DNA of 64,000 nucleotides from an uncultured virus (IMG/VR IMGVR_UViG_3300000439_000022) (Duplodnaviria > Heunggongvirae > Uroviricota > Caudoviricetes). Below, one piece after another: positions 53,283 to 64,000 of the stretch. The stretch's first letter is position 1. Each line of letters begins with the position of its first letter. The notes under the pieces were generated by a model. The model saw only the letters and a program-made list of their open reading frames with translations. It was not told the DNA's origin and did no database searches. The position numbers and the translations under genes were made by a program. The stretch lies in the IMG/VR virus record IMGVR_UViG_3300000439_000022. One strand, written 5' to 3'.

Positions 53283-54320
53283 ATGTTAATTGAATATCCA
53301 AAAAATATTAGGTTTGGTTTTGAATCAACCTGGAGATTAAAGAATAAGGAACGTCAAAAAAATATTGATGACAACGGATCTTACTTAGACAAAACTGAAC
53401 TTACTAAGAATAAAAAGTTCATGACCAAATTTGCTAAGCTTGACCAATTCAGAGAGATTGATGTTGACCCATATAATATTGAAATTCCAACTGTTAAGGT
53501 TGTGAATAAAAAATTATTGCTTGATCAATTCACCAAGTTATCAAAATTAATGGATGAATATGGTTATATAGAATCAAGTCGTTCATTTAATAATAATTTT
53601 GAAGGGGGCGGACATATTCATATAGACTATACTGGTATATTCACTAAGTTAGGATATGGTGTAGAATTGAATTTGTGGCTTAAAAAGATATTTAATCACA
53701 CCGATGAAACATTAAATAAATTGGGCATGGGTTCGGAACCAACCTCTTCAGTATTTTTTGCTCCATTTTCATTATTTGTTCATAATCTCAATACCTTTAT
53801 AATCAATAATCCATGGATTCCATGGACATTTAATGATCCAAACGATAATTTAAATGCCATCAATAACATTATCAATAATTCATTGAATAAAGATATTGTT
53901 CAAATAAAAAAAGATGGTTTGATGCGTAGCGCCAATCTTAGTATTGATATAAAGAAATGGGCAATAACTGTAAGACCAGAATTCGGTACAATTGAGTTTC
54001 GTTTCTTTGGTATGCCCAAAAATGCTGATGAGTTGGAAACAAACATCGATTTAGCCATGGCTATTTACAAATACTGCTTTGACTTAACGGCAAAGGGAAT
54101 CAAATTAGAAAGCCATTACAAGTCATGGAAAGATTTTCGTAACATAAGTTACCCACAAGCAACCAGAGGCCTCAGAAAGGTCTGCAAATTGCTTAAAATC
54201 GATTATAATAAACTTAAAGATACTGGTAAAGTTAATAACATGAAAATAAGATACGCTTTTCATGAAACACTTATCAAATCTAAAGATTGGAATAAACTTA
54301 CGCATCAAATATTAAATTAA
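53283..54320 (+). CDS. putative amidoligase (COOH-NH2 ligase fold)
   Basis: GFE, E.PT, GGHIH and TIEFR motifs. Confidence 0.65.
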   Translation: MLIEYPKNIRFGFESTWRLKNKERQKNIDDNGSYLDKTELTKNKKFMTKFAKLDQFREIDVDPYNIEIPTVKVVNKKLLLDQFTKLSKLMDEYGYIESSRSFNNNFEGGGHIHIDYTGIFTKLGYGVELNLWLKKIFNHTDETLNKLGMGSEPTSSVFFAPFSLFVHNLNTFIINNPWIPWTFNDPNDNLNAINNIINNSLNKDIVQIKKDGLMRSANLSIDIKKWAITVRPEFGTIEFRFFGMPKNADELETNIDLAMAIYKYCFDLTAKGIKLESHYKSWKDFRNISYPQATRGLRKVCKLLKIDYNKLKDTGKVNNMKIRYAFHETLIKSKDWNKLTHQILN

Positions 54321-56116
54321 TAAATATTTGTTTAGTAATTTTATTTATATTAATTTTGTGCTATGACAGTTAAAGAATTTCAACAAGCTAAAATAGCTGT
54401 AGAATTGCAAATAGAAGCAATCTTAAATGATTTCAATCAAGTATGTGTTGTGAACGATTTTCAACTGGAAAAGGTTCAGATAAAAACAATCGGTACTGAT
54501 GAAGATAGAATATTCAGCGTAGATTTATTAGTATTATAATCAAAAATAAAATATATGAAACAAAATACATTAGCTTTAGTCCTCCTTATTATGTTAATAT
54601 TCATTTGGACTGTGATTTTTACATCATGCAATACACATAAAGATGCGGATCAATATTATAAAAAAAATATTGACTCATTGGTAATACTTGACCATAGCAA
54701 AATCCCTGATTCATTACCAAATAATGTTCGTGACACACCTGTTTGGGAATAAGAAAGTTATCTATTACTAAAAGAAATATTCGTTTTTTATAAAAACATA
54801 GCATATCTTTGATTTATGAAAAAGATAAACAATTATTTTGATCACTTTTTTGAAAATCTTCACCTATTCAAAGTATGGGTTATTTTTTGTATTGTATGTA
54901 CAATTATGTTCTTTTTAATATGGACAAGTATGGATAATCTTTTATCTACATCAAATGCTGATAAACTATCAAATCATCTTAAAGACCCAATTGCTTTTTA
55001 TCTTACATTAGGTACTGTTATGGGTAGTTTGGGAACAATGTTGTTATCTCTTGGTCGTTATGCTCAAAAGTTTTATAGAGAGGCTGATATGATTGAGCAA
55101 TTGGTTAAGACAGCTAATACCAAAGAGGAATTGGAACACATATGGGCTAATGAGTTCAAAGCTCTTGCAAATAAAAGTTTTCATCAACAAACTGGTTCCA
55201 GATTGCTTGAGATAAAAACTATCATCAAAACAAAATACGAAATATTTAAATAAATAATATATGAGAATAAGTGCTATATTTTGGAATATCATTTATGTTG
55301 TTGTAAACTTAATTTTATTTCTAACAATTAAGGATTATATTTATCCTTATTGTATTTTTTCGTCCATTCTTGCTTATGCTTTCGCTTTTGCTTTCGCTTT
55401 TGATATATTAAGTAGGTCTAATAATTTCAAAAACCAACCATGGATTTTTTTAACGCCAATTGGTTTGATAGGTTTGGCTTTTGCTGGAATTTATTATATC
55501 GTTCTTTTGGTTGAAGATAAATTTATTATACCCTTCAATAAGTGGATAAATGAAATAAATAGTGAAGTTGAAAATAACGAACCAGATTATCATTAATAAA
55601 AATATATATGAAACACAAAATTTTTAAAGGTTTATTAACATTTTTATTGTTAATATTAACATGTTCAATACTCACATTTCTTGGTTGGATGTTTATTTAT
55701 CATCTTTTAATATCTGAGTTAATAATGGTAGGTGTTTTACTATTGCGGATTTTAATTATTTGGTTCAAATGGACATATAATATAATATCAAAAGTTTACG
55801 ATAATTACAGATTAAATAAATAATATGAAAAAAATAATTACAGATTGGGAATGGCTCTCATTAAGAATCATTACCTTATTCGCTTTGGCGATGTTAATAT
55901 CATTCACACCAGAACTACTTCGTGGATTTTTTGGCGATGAATTATATGTTCCTCAAGGCGGCTTTGTTTCCTTATTCAGTTCTAATGGTGGTGGTTTTTT
56001 TTACCTTTAAATGGTATATTAATGAGTGATAAAAAATTTTGGAATGAGGATTTGCCGATTGGTTTGATTATCCTTATAGTTATTGCGTTAGCGATATACC
56101 TATCATTCTCAACTAT

Positions 56117-56410
56117 ATGAATATAATTAACAATCAAAATATTGTCGATAAAACGCCTGTTATTACGGTTTTTTTATTGGAGGGTGCAAACATATCCCAG
56201 ATACATAGAATGTGGACAGAACACAGTGCAAATGGGCAATCCTTGCAAGGTTGGATATTTGTTACCATAGCTCTTATACTTTGGGCAAACTTTTATAGGG
56301 TGTGTTGTAAAGACCAAAAATGGGCATATTATACCACATTATTCGGAATATTTATAAATTTATTGTTAGTATTAACAGTAATATATTTTAGATACATACA
56401 TCACCAATGA
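56117..56410 (+). CDS. small PQ-loop/SemiSWEET-like membrane protein
   Basis: Three TM segments; SQI...SA.G.S motif. Confidence 0.45.
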   Translation: MNIINNQNIVDKTPVITVFLLEGANISQIHRMWTEHSANGQSLQGWIFVTIALILWANFYRVCCKDQKWAYYTTLFGIFINLLLVLTVIYFRYIHHQ

Positions 56411-58462
56411 ACTTATTCTAAGTTCTAAAAATTATATAATTTATGATATTTTTATTCCGTTGGTTTAAAAGATTGCTTGGCTTGATACTATTTGTTTGAT
56501 TTGTTTTTGAGGCAATGTTATATGTTTTAACATTAGGTATTTACGATCCATGGGATTTTTATGGCAATCCAGATTCAAAATTATTTAGATTGGCATTAAA
56601 ACTTTTGGAAAGTTAAATTAGTTTCCATATCTTTGTATTATGAACGCAACAGAATATGAAAAGCGCAGAGATTACTTTTTAAAAGTTATGCGCAAACAAA
56701 ATGCCATGTGGGAACGCAATATTGAAATGGAAGAAAAGGCCAGGAAACCACTTAGACAAAAAACATCGTCTGATATTCATAAACGTGTACCAACCAAAAG
56801 GTTTGTATGATTAACATTAATACTAAAACAAGACGTGATTTTGTTTCACCTGCATATACAACAAACTGGAATGAATTACCAATAGCATTTTAAAAGATAT
56901 GGAATTTAATAAACTACAACGATTCGGAAACGATCCAAAGATACCAACAGAGTTGCCAATATATCAAAAGAATATTATTGAAGCAATGCGCAACGGTAGT
57001 TTCATTTGGCAAGATGATTTTGATAAAGTCACCTACCATATCAGAATTGGTAAAAAAATTCATACTTTGATTGAACCATTAATATGCACATTGATTTTCA
57101 GGAATCTAATATCCGATATTGATTATTCACTCACTGAATATGGCGAAAAAGTTAAATTAATTTAATAATAAATAATATGACATTAGAATCAATTAATAAA
57201 CAAATCCAAGAATTGGAAGCTAAGAAAAAAGAACTCTTAGAACAACTTGAATACGTTAAAAAGTTAAGCCCAGCTCAACGTCTGGCTGACCTGCTTCATT
57301 CAAAACAATGTCATTTTGCACACGAAGACCAATGCGGTTGGTTTTATGAATCATGGGACAACCCAGGTTATTCTCGCAATGAATACCTTTCAAAAGCAAA
57401 TAAAATGCTAAGGGAATTTGATTTCGATACCTGCTGTAAAATGGTCAACTTCGTTTAATCATGACAGAACTTCAAACATTAAAAGAGGCTGAGATTATTC
57501 TTGCTGGTAATTATTGGGAAAACTTTAAATTTCAAAAGGATATTGCTATGTTCATGGGTGGTAATCACCCACGATTATTGAAACTTATTGATGAAACCAA
57601 TAAAATACAAAAGGAGTGGCATGAAATAAAAGCAAAGATTGCTGCTCTTGAAAAATAAATTTGGTTGTTCCAAAATTGTTTCATATCTTTATGTTCTCAA
57701 ACAAAATCTTATGAACATATCAAACAATACAACAACCGAAACTTGGTTAGATACATTCGTAAAAGCAACCTATAAAGGTTGGGAATGTTATATGGACTTC
57801 AATGGTGTTATGACCTGGTGGTGCAATGGCGCTCCAGGTTTTTGCCTTTTGGCAACTCCTGATTGGATCGGTTGTGGTTTCACACCAGTTGATTATACAA
57901 CAGATTTGGATTATTATAATCTTGGAAAGATTGATAAATCAGACTTTAAAGACTTCACCGAATATGCCCAAGCAATTGAACCTTATCTTAATATCTTTTT
58001 AACTGAGGATGAAACAAACGATTTTTTAAATCATTAAAAATGAACAAAAATAAACTTATTGCCAAATTTATGGGTTACATCACCGATGATACCCTTCTTG
58101 ATAATTTTGATGAAACATATCCTGTACATAAGGATTGGAATCTATTATTTACTGTATTAGAAAAAATTGAATCACTTGGTTATCATCCAACTATATCAAA
58201 GCGACAATTCCAAGTATATTCATCAAACTGGAAAATGATAATTGATTCAGATTTTTATGATTCTTTCTTGGAAAATGCCTATCATGGTGTTAATGCCTTT
58301 ATTAAATTTTATAACGAAAAAAATGGTTCCATATGAGAAAATCTCGATTCTGGCTTGAAGACTTGCCACTTGCATTATTATATATAATGTTTTTTGTTTG
58401 TATATTCTTATTTGGATATCTAACCTTCACATCACTTATTAATTAATATAAAATATAATAAT

Positions 58463-59029
58463 ATGTCAGATTTATTAAAATTGGTAAAATTTTGCTTAAA
58501 CGATAAAGATTTTTATTTATCAAAATCAAAAAAGAAATCTATTAAACGTTATTTTGTAGATGATTACGGTTCAGATGCGATTAGATGTGATATAGATTTT
58601 GATTCTATTCAACCAACTATTAAAAACAAATATATCTTAGATTTAAAATCTAAAATGTATCAATCAATCAGAAAGACATTTGATTTATCTAAAAGATTAT
58701 CACCAGAGTCTTGTTTAGAAATAAATTTTGAAGATCAGCCGCCAATCAATATATTTGATGCCTTTAAAGTTAACGAGAGTAAACCATTTGATGCTAAATT
58801 TACCATAGATAAAAAATTCCCTTTCTTTAAGAAAGAAATCGAATATACATTTAACTATGTTGCAAATTTCGTGGTTAAGAAATATTATATATCTTGCGGT
58901 TCAATTAAAGAAGAAATAACACATGAACAATTTTTAGAATTGGTCAAATTATTTGAAGATAATAAGAAAATACTTCGAGAAGAGGCTGATAGGGAAAAAA
59001 TTAGCAAAAGACTAAGCAATTATCAATAA
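58463..59029 (+). CDS. hypothetical protein, paralog of 60904..61527
   Basis: Shared FCLNDK.FY, IQP, INF.D.PP.NI and YTFNY. Confidence 0.7.
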   Translation: MSDLLKLVKFCLNDKDFYLSKSKKKSIKRYFVDDYGSDAIRCDIDFDSIQPTIKNKYILDLKSKMYQSIRKTFDLSKRLSPESCLEINFEDQPPINIFDAFKVNESKPFDAKFTIDKKFPFFKKEIEYTFNYVANFVVKKYYISCGSIKEEITHEQFLELVKLFEDNKKILREEADREKISKRLSNYQ

Positions 59030-59545
59030 CATTACATAAATGTCCAATATCAAAATTTTCAATTTATTAGGTATACGCCATACTGGTGAGGTATTATACT
59101 CTGATGATAAAAGATTCTATTGTTATGAGGATATTATCGTTGATTTGCATAATAAAAAATCAATACAATTAACAGAGTTAACACCAACTAATCTACTATC
59201 CAAACAACTTGGATTGGATTTAGAATACATTATTGTTTATGTTGAAAATGATTTCGATAGTGAACTTTGTAACGGACAAGACGGTATTCGTTATGGTGCT
59301 TATAACCGTCTTGTATTTAAATTGGATGATTTTGAAATAGAGATTAATGAACATCCAAATGGTCAAAAATATTACATTCATTATAATGATAGTTATAATA
59401 AAAATATTAAACCAACAACTATAAGATTTGTGTGTTATAAGTGGGAAGAAAATATTTGGATCAAAGAAATAATCTTTGATTTATATAGTGAAAAAATAAA
59501 TTATAAAAAATATCCAGATTTGATTAAAAGAAATATCAATAGATA

Positions 59546-60739
59546 TCAATAATTAATCATATCTTTCATTCTATCCAAAGACTCATTCAAAGACTCATTA
59601 GATTTCTTACCCCATTTGCTACCCTTTTTAGGCGTACCACAAGATGCTGGTGTTGGTCTGCAAGCTGGATATTTTCTATTCTCTCCAGGTTTTCTACCAC
59701 AGGCTTTGCAGGTCTTTCTTCCAGATGGATTAGTTTTGCATGTATTACAATCAACCCAACCTTTTGATCCTCCGCCACCTTTTCTTGAAAACCAACCATG
59801 TAAACCCTGGGATTTCTCCTTTGAATAATCCGTTTTCTTTGCTTCATCCATATCATTCAATTCGGTTGTATCATCGATAAGATATTGATTTGCCTTTTCA
59901 AAATTGAATATTACATATTCATAATGTCCTTGCTGCATACCATCATAACCTAACTTTAAAATAAGCTCCGACCAAAGTTTATCTGTATCCCAGCTTATTT
60001 TATTACTAAATATTCTCCACCCATACCATATAGATTCACGACCAATCAATTTTTTAAAAATATCAGCAATAAAATCATACATAGAACCTAAATGGATATT
60101 AATATCCATGGTTTCTTTTGCTATTTGTTCGATATTATTTACTAATGTTTCATCTATCTTATCATTTAAATCTAAAATATTAAGATTAGATATATCTAAT
60201 TTAGTAATTTCTTTACCGTAGTCTTTAGCTTTATATACGCTCGATGAAAAATATGTACCCCAACCTAAATTAGCTCTTAACCCACCTCTAATAGAATCAG
60301 GATCCAATTTGGTAATTTTTTTGTCACCACCGTGATATACAATTTCAGGACTTGAAAATTCAGCTTCACTCACAGATTTTGAACTGGTTTCACCACCAGC
60401 TTGTCTTTTCTTTCTGCCAGCACAATGAGCTTTTTGACTAAAACCCTTTGGATGTGAACAATCTATACTTTTCTTGTACTTTTTTGTCCATTTTTCAGCA
60501 ATTTCTTCATCGGTTTCTTCCAAACCTTCAGATTTGCTACCCCAATTGCTTGCCCCAGCTTTGCGACATTTAACCAATGCACCACTGGCATAAGCAGATG
60601 GCCATACCTTGTATCTGCTCTTAACCTTATAGTAACACGCATCCTTTTTCTCAGCAAGTTGTTCTTCGCTAAGTTCTGAATCATCAGCAATTTCCAATAA
60701 TCTGTTAATTTGTTCTTCTGAAAGTTTAAATTTTGACAT
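59546..60739 (-). CDS. multidomain protein: Cys/Lys-rich modules flanking an ADP-ribosyltransferase-like domain
   Basis: WPSAYASG, SIDC..PKGFSQKAHC, YHG..G.GTYFS..A..YG..GYDG..EYVIF and YPACRP motifs. Confidence 0.65.
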   Translation of the reverse strand: MSKFKLSEEQINRLLEIADDSELSEEQLAEKKDACYYKVKSRYKVWPSAYASGALVKCRKAGASNWGSKSEGLEETDEEIAEKWTKKYKKSIDCSHPKGFSQKAHCAGRKKRQAGGETSSKSVSEAEFSSPEIVYHGGDKKITKLDPDSIRGGLRANLGWGTYFSSSVYKAKDYGKEITKLDISNLNILDLNDKIDETLVNNIEQIAKETMDINIHLGSMYDFIADIFKKLIGRESIWYGWRIFSNKISWDTDKLWSELILKLGYDGMQQGHYEYVIFNFEKANQYLIDDTTELNDMDEAKKTDYSKEKSQGLHGWFSRKGGGGSKGWVDCNTCKTNPSGRKTCKACGRKPGENRKYPACRPTPASCGTPKKGSKWGKKSNESLNESLDRMKDMINY

Positions 60740-60903
60740 TTGTAATGAAGAATTTTATATAAATATTTGGTATTTCGGTTAAAAACACATATCTTTGTGT
60801 TCAAAATCAATAAAAATAACAAAAATTCTCCCTCTATATTTGTTTGAATTAAAAAAATTGTTTACCTTTATATTATGATACCAAAATTTACAAATATTAA
60901 TAT

Positions 60904-61527
60904 ATGAAAGAAAAATTAATACAATTGGCAAGCTTTTGCCTGAATGACAAATCATTTTATAATCAAATGGTAATTTATAATCAAATGGTAATCTCAAAAA
61001 AAGATATCCAAAAGACCTTTGGTACAGGTTATGAAACTTTTTATTCCCATAAAAGGGATTATAATATTGATAGCTCAACCATTCAACCCAAAGTTAGTGA
61101 TAAGATTAAATCAACTATACTCAATACTTTTCATGAAGAACTTCAAAAAAATAATGAGCCTATTGAGTGTACTATTCCAATGCTAACCATAAACTTTTCA
61201 GATATGCCACCGTTAAATATTTACAGGAGATATTTGACAATAGGTCAAACTGATAAAGTTGGTTATGTTACTATAAATAAAAAAATACTGTTTTTTAATA
61301 TTCCAAAAGTATATACCTTTAATTATACCGAATATACTCGTGGTATTCAATATTTTATAAAATCAGCGACAGTTGAAGAACAAGTAACTGAAGAGGAATA
61401 TTATAAACTAATTGATTTATATGACAAAACCTTTACTGAAGTTGAGGATGAGAATGCTCAACTAAAAATTAAAAATGATATATTAAAGGTTGATGAAAGA
61501 TTATCCGTATATTTGCAAAATAAATAA
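60904..61527 (+). CDS. hypothetical protein, paralog of 58463..59029
   Basis: Shared motifs as above. Confidence 0.7.
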   Translation: MKEKLIQLASFCLNDKSFYNQMVIYNQMVISKKDIQKTFGTGYETFYSHKRDYNIDSSTIQPKVSDKIKSTILNTFHEELQKNNEPIECTIPMLTINFSDMPPLNIYRRYLTIGQTDKVGYVTINKKILFFNIPKVYTFNYTEYTRGIQYFIKSATVEEQVTEEEYYKLIDLYDKTFTEVEDENAQLKIKNDILKVDERLSVYLQNK

Positions 61528-61534
61528 AAACACA

Positions 61535-62077
61535 ATGTCAAAAACAATTGAAATATCCGATGAAATGTATGGCAAGTTAATTGAACTTGCAACGGAAATG
61601 ACCACACAAAACCCAAGATGCACTCGTATGCCCCATATATTTCAAATTAGAAATTGGAAAAAGGTATACGATGCTGAATTGAATGGAGACATTCACATCT
61701 TTTTGGATAGAGGTAATGGTATTGAGATAGAAACAGTCGAACAACTTATTAACTACCTGAATGATTCTAATGTCGAATTCGTTGAGGCGGAAGTTAAAGA
61801 GATGTGGGATAACCGTTCCGAATACTCATGGCAAGATGACCTTAAAGATTGGTTAGAGGAACGAGTTCCAGATCTTGAGGTATATTCATACTCATTAGTA
61901 CCAGAATATACCAATTGTTTCTTAACAGCCAAGGCCGCTGAGGAACATCTTAAACTTAACCATTACCACTACCATGCGAATGCTGATGTTTATCTTAATC
62001 ATGCCTGGAGAAACCCAGAAGCAGAATTAGTTAGCACATTCCTATGCAATTTGATTGGCAAAGATTTGCACACATAA
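61535..62077 (+). CDS. hypothetical phage protein
   Basis: TQNPR.T..P and FLT..AA..H...N.YHY motifs. Confidence 0.6.
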   Translation: MSKTIEISDEMYGKLIELATEMTTQNPRCTRMPHIFQIRNWKKVYDAELNGDIHIFLDRGNGIEIETVEQLINYLNDSNVEFVEAEVKEMWDNRSEYSWQDDLKDWLEERVPDLEVYSYSLVPEYTNCFLTAKAAEEHLKLNHYHYHANADVYLNHAWRNPEAELVSTFLCNLIGKDLHT

Positions 62078-62175
62078 TGTCCGTGGAAAACAAATATAAA
62101 ACTAAAAAATTTATCGATGGTTGTATGTTAGCATATAACGCAAAAGAAAATATTGATTTTCATTAAAATAACATT

Positions 62176-62364
62176 ATGACTTTAGAAGAAGCAAGAGTTG
62201 CAATTTCAGAGGGTAAAAAAGTAACCCACAGATACTTCACCGATGATGAATATATTCACATGGGTAAGAACGGTATTTCCTTTGAGGATGGTGTTAAAGT
62301 CCCAGCTGATTGGTGGGACAAAGATTATTTAAAAACAGATTGGAGCATATATCAAAAAGATTAA
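62176..62364 (+). CDS. small DUF2829/Tad2-like protein
   Basis: MTLEEA..AI..GKKV...DW.IY framework. Confidence 0.45.
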   Translation: MTLEEARVAISEGKKVTHRYFTDDEYIHMGKNGISFEDGVKVPADWWDKDYLKTDWSIYQKD

Positions 62365-63693
62365 TATGGAAAAGAAATATATAATAACTCAAGAACAATT
62401 TGAACAGATTGGACATTATAAAAGAATGTTCGAACTTAATGCACAATGCATATCAGACTTATGCAATTGCGAAAAAGATGATATTGTTTATGGTTTTGAA
62501 CTTGGCAAAATGCATACACACCTCAGAGATTGTTATATTGAGATGATGGAGCTGGAAAATGAAATTAAGGAACAGAAAATGTGAAAAGATGGAATATAAA
62601 TTAACAAAAAAATATCAACATAGCAAAAAATGCAATGATAACAGAAGAAGAAATTTCTTAATCTTCTTCCTTAATGATATACAAATATTTAAACAAAAAG
62701 TTCCATATGATGAAAACTTTGACCATGGTTGCCAAAACAGAACATCATTTGATAATATCTATCTTTTAAACGGTTATATTAACCAAAAAAGACAATCTGA
62801 TGCTAATGTTAGCTGTTTCGGAAATGAGAGAAGTAAAATATCCTGTATCAAAAAAGATATTGGAACAATTCAATATACCAAAAGATCTTAAAATTAAATT
62901 GTCAAATGATTAAATGTACAGATAAAGGCATGTGGACTTGTATCGGAAAAAACGGTACACCAAAAAAACAATTCCCAGATGATAAATCGGCAATATCTGC
63001 CGCCAAACTTATCAATGAGAATAACCCACAACCATTTACAAAACTCGTTGCGTATAAATGCACACAATGTAACAAATATCATCTAACTACCAGAAATAAG
63101 AAAATTTAATATGAAAAGAGACTTAAAATTATTGATGGTAATCTTATTAGCACCAATAATAATTATTAGTTGTAAAAATACGGATACGAAAACAATCTAT
63201 TATAAAGAATCAACCGAATGTTTAATTTATGGCGATTCTTATACAACAACAGACATTACAATGATGCCGTCTGGAATACCTATGGGTGATGGATTATACC
63301 TAAGCTCAAGTGAACACCGACATTGTAATATTGAAAAAGTAGATGCAACTTGGTTCACGATAGATAGTAATTGGAATAGAATTATTGTTAAACAAACATC
63401 TTTTGAACGTAAACTAAATTAACAAAATTTAAAATGAAAACCGAACAAGAAATAAAAGAATTAGCTAATAAGATATATAAACATGATGGCATAATCACAA
63501 GTGGATTAGATTATGAGATTGTGGATTCAATACAAGATAAAAAGGAAGGTTTTGTACGTGCATACATGCTTGCTCAAACCGATATGCAAGCTCATTTTAT
63601 AAATGAAGCTATTGGATTTGCAGAGTGGATAGTAGGTTTTATTGGACTTGTAATTGATGTAAAAGACATTTATAAACGCAAAAATAATAACAT

Positions 63694-64000
63694 ATGACAC
63701 CATATAAATTAACGGATGAAAAAATACAATTCAATTTCAAAACACTTTACCGTATTGAATTAACAGAAGATTGCATATGGGGAAAAGCTGGAACAAAAGG
63801 TGGTTTTATTGAGAAAGTGAGTAACTTATTGGATGATGCTTGGGTATCTGGTAATGCTCACGTATATGGTAATGCTTATGTATCTGGTAATGCTTGGGTA
63901 TTAGGTAATGCTCAGGTATATGGTAATGCTCACGTATCTGGTAATGCTCAGGTATTTGATAATGCTTGGGTATCTGGTAATGCTCACGTATCTGGTAATG
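63694..64000 (+). CDS. hexapeptide-repeat protein (partial, runs off the window)
   Basis: LYRI...GGFIE..SNL, then A(W/H/Q/Y)V(S/Y)GN repeats. Confidence 0.8.
   Translation, partial: MTPYKLTDEKIQFNFKTLYRIELTEDCIWGKAGTKGGFIEKVSNLLDDAWVSGNAHVYGNAYVSGNAWVLGNAQVYGNAHVSGNAQVFDNAWVSGNAHVSGN
63838..64000 (+). repeat. 18-bp coding tandem repeat
   Basis: About 9 GCTnnnGTATnTGGTAAT units. Confidence 0.85.

Noticed and set aside
11128..56499. Genome-wide stop-codon reassignment
   Set aside because: TGA and TAG both end many intact genes (ATGA overlaps; TAG at 4451, 12518, 27666). In-frame stops are rare and of mixed type.
10390..63082. Short antisense and alternative-frame ORFs in the track (e.g. 14817..15155, 38681..39091, 40805..41254, 59587..59856)
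   Set aside because: They are shadows of well-supported genes and carry no recognisable motifs.
63838..64000. CRISPR array
   Set aside because: 18-bp coding repeats without spacers; no CRISPR array was seen anywhere in the window.

Overview
A very AT-rich, gene-dense, almost entirely plus-strand segment that reads as the accessory/host-takeover region of a large (jumbo-type) phage infecting a Bacteroidota host. The host inference rests on recurrent TTTG-N19/20-TAnnTTTG promoters, absent Shine-Dalgarno motifs, a T9SS type-B sorting domain and a Bacteroidota-like ECF sigma factor. No structural or core replication genes were recognised. The window encodes an RNA/tRNA repair and ribosome-rescue toolkit (2H-phosphodiesterase/CCA enzyme, RNA ligase, kinase, RlaP-like nucleotidyltransferase, cyREC, HAD, SmpB, PTH2-like). 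It also encodes a Prs-like plus Nampt-like NAD pair, nucleotide hydrolases and a PspA/SPFH/lipoprotein membrane module. A ~570-nt non-coding island holds a large structured RNA and a tRNA-like gene with an oversized anticodon arm. The most striking pattern is that four unrelated homing-endonuclease families sit at catalytic motifs of four enzymes with no recognisable intron or intein. Each host gene appears accommodated differently: split gene, duplicated N-terminus, in-frame fusion, and a duplicated N-terminus ending in a hairpin plus ACG-TGA-ACA that may require stop-codon hopping or excision. All family calls are from motif recognition by eye; no searches were run.
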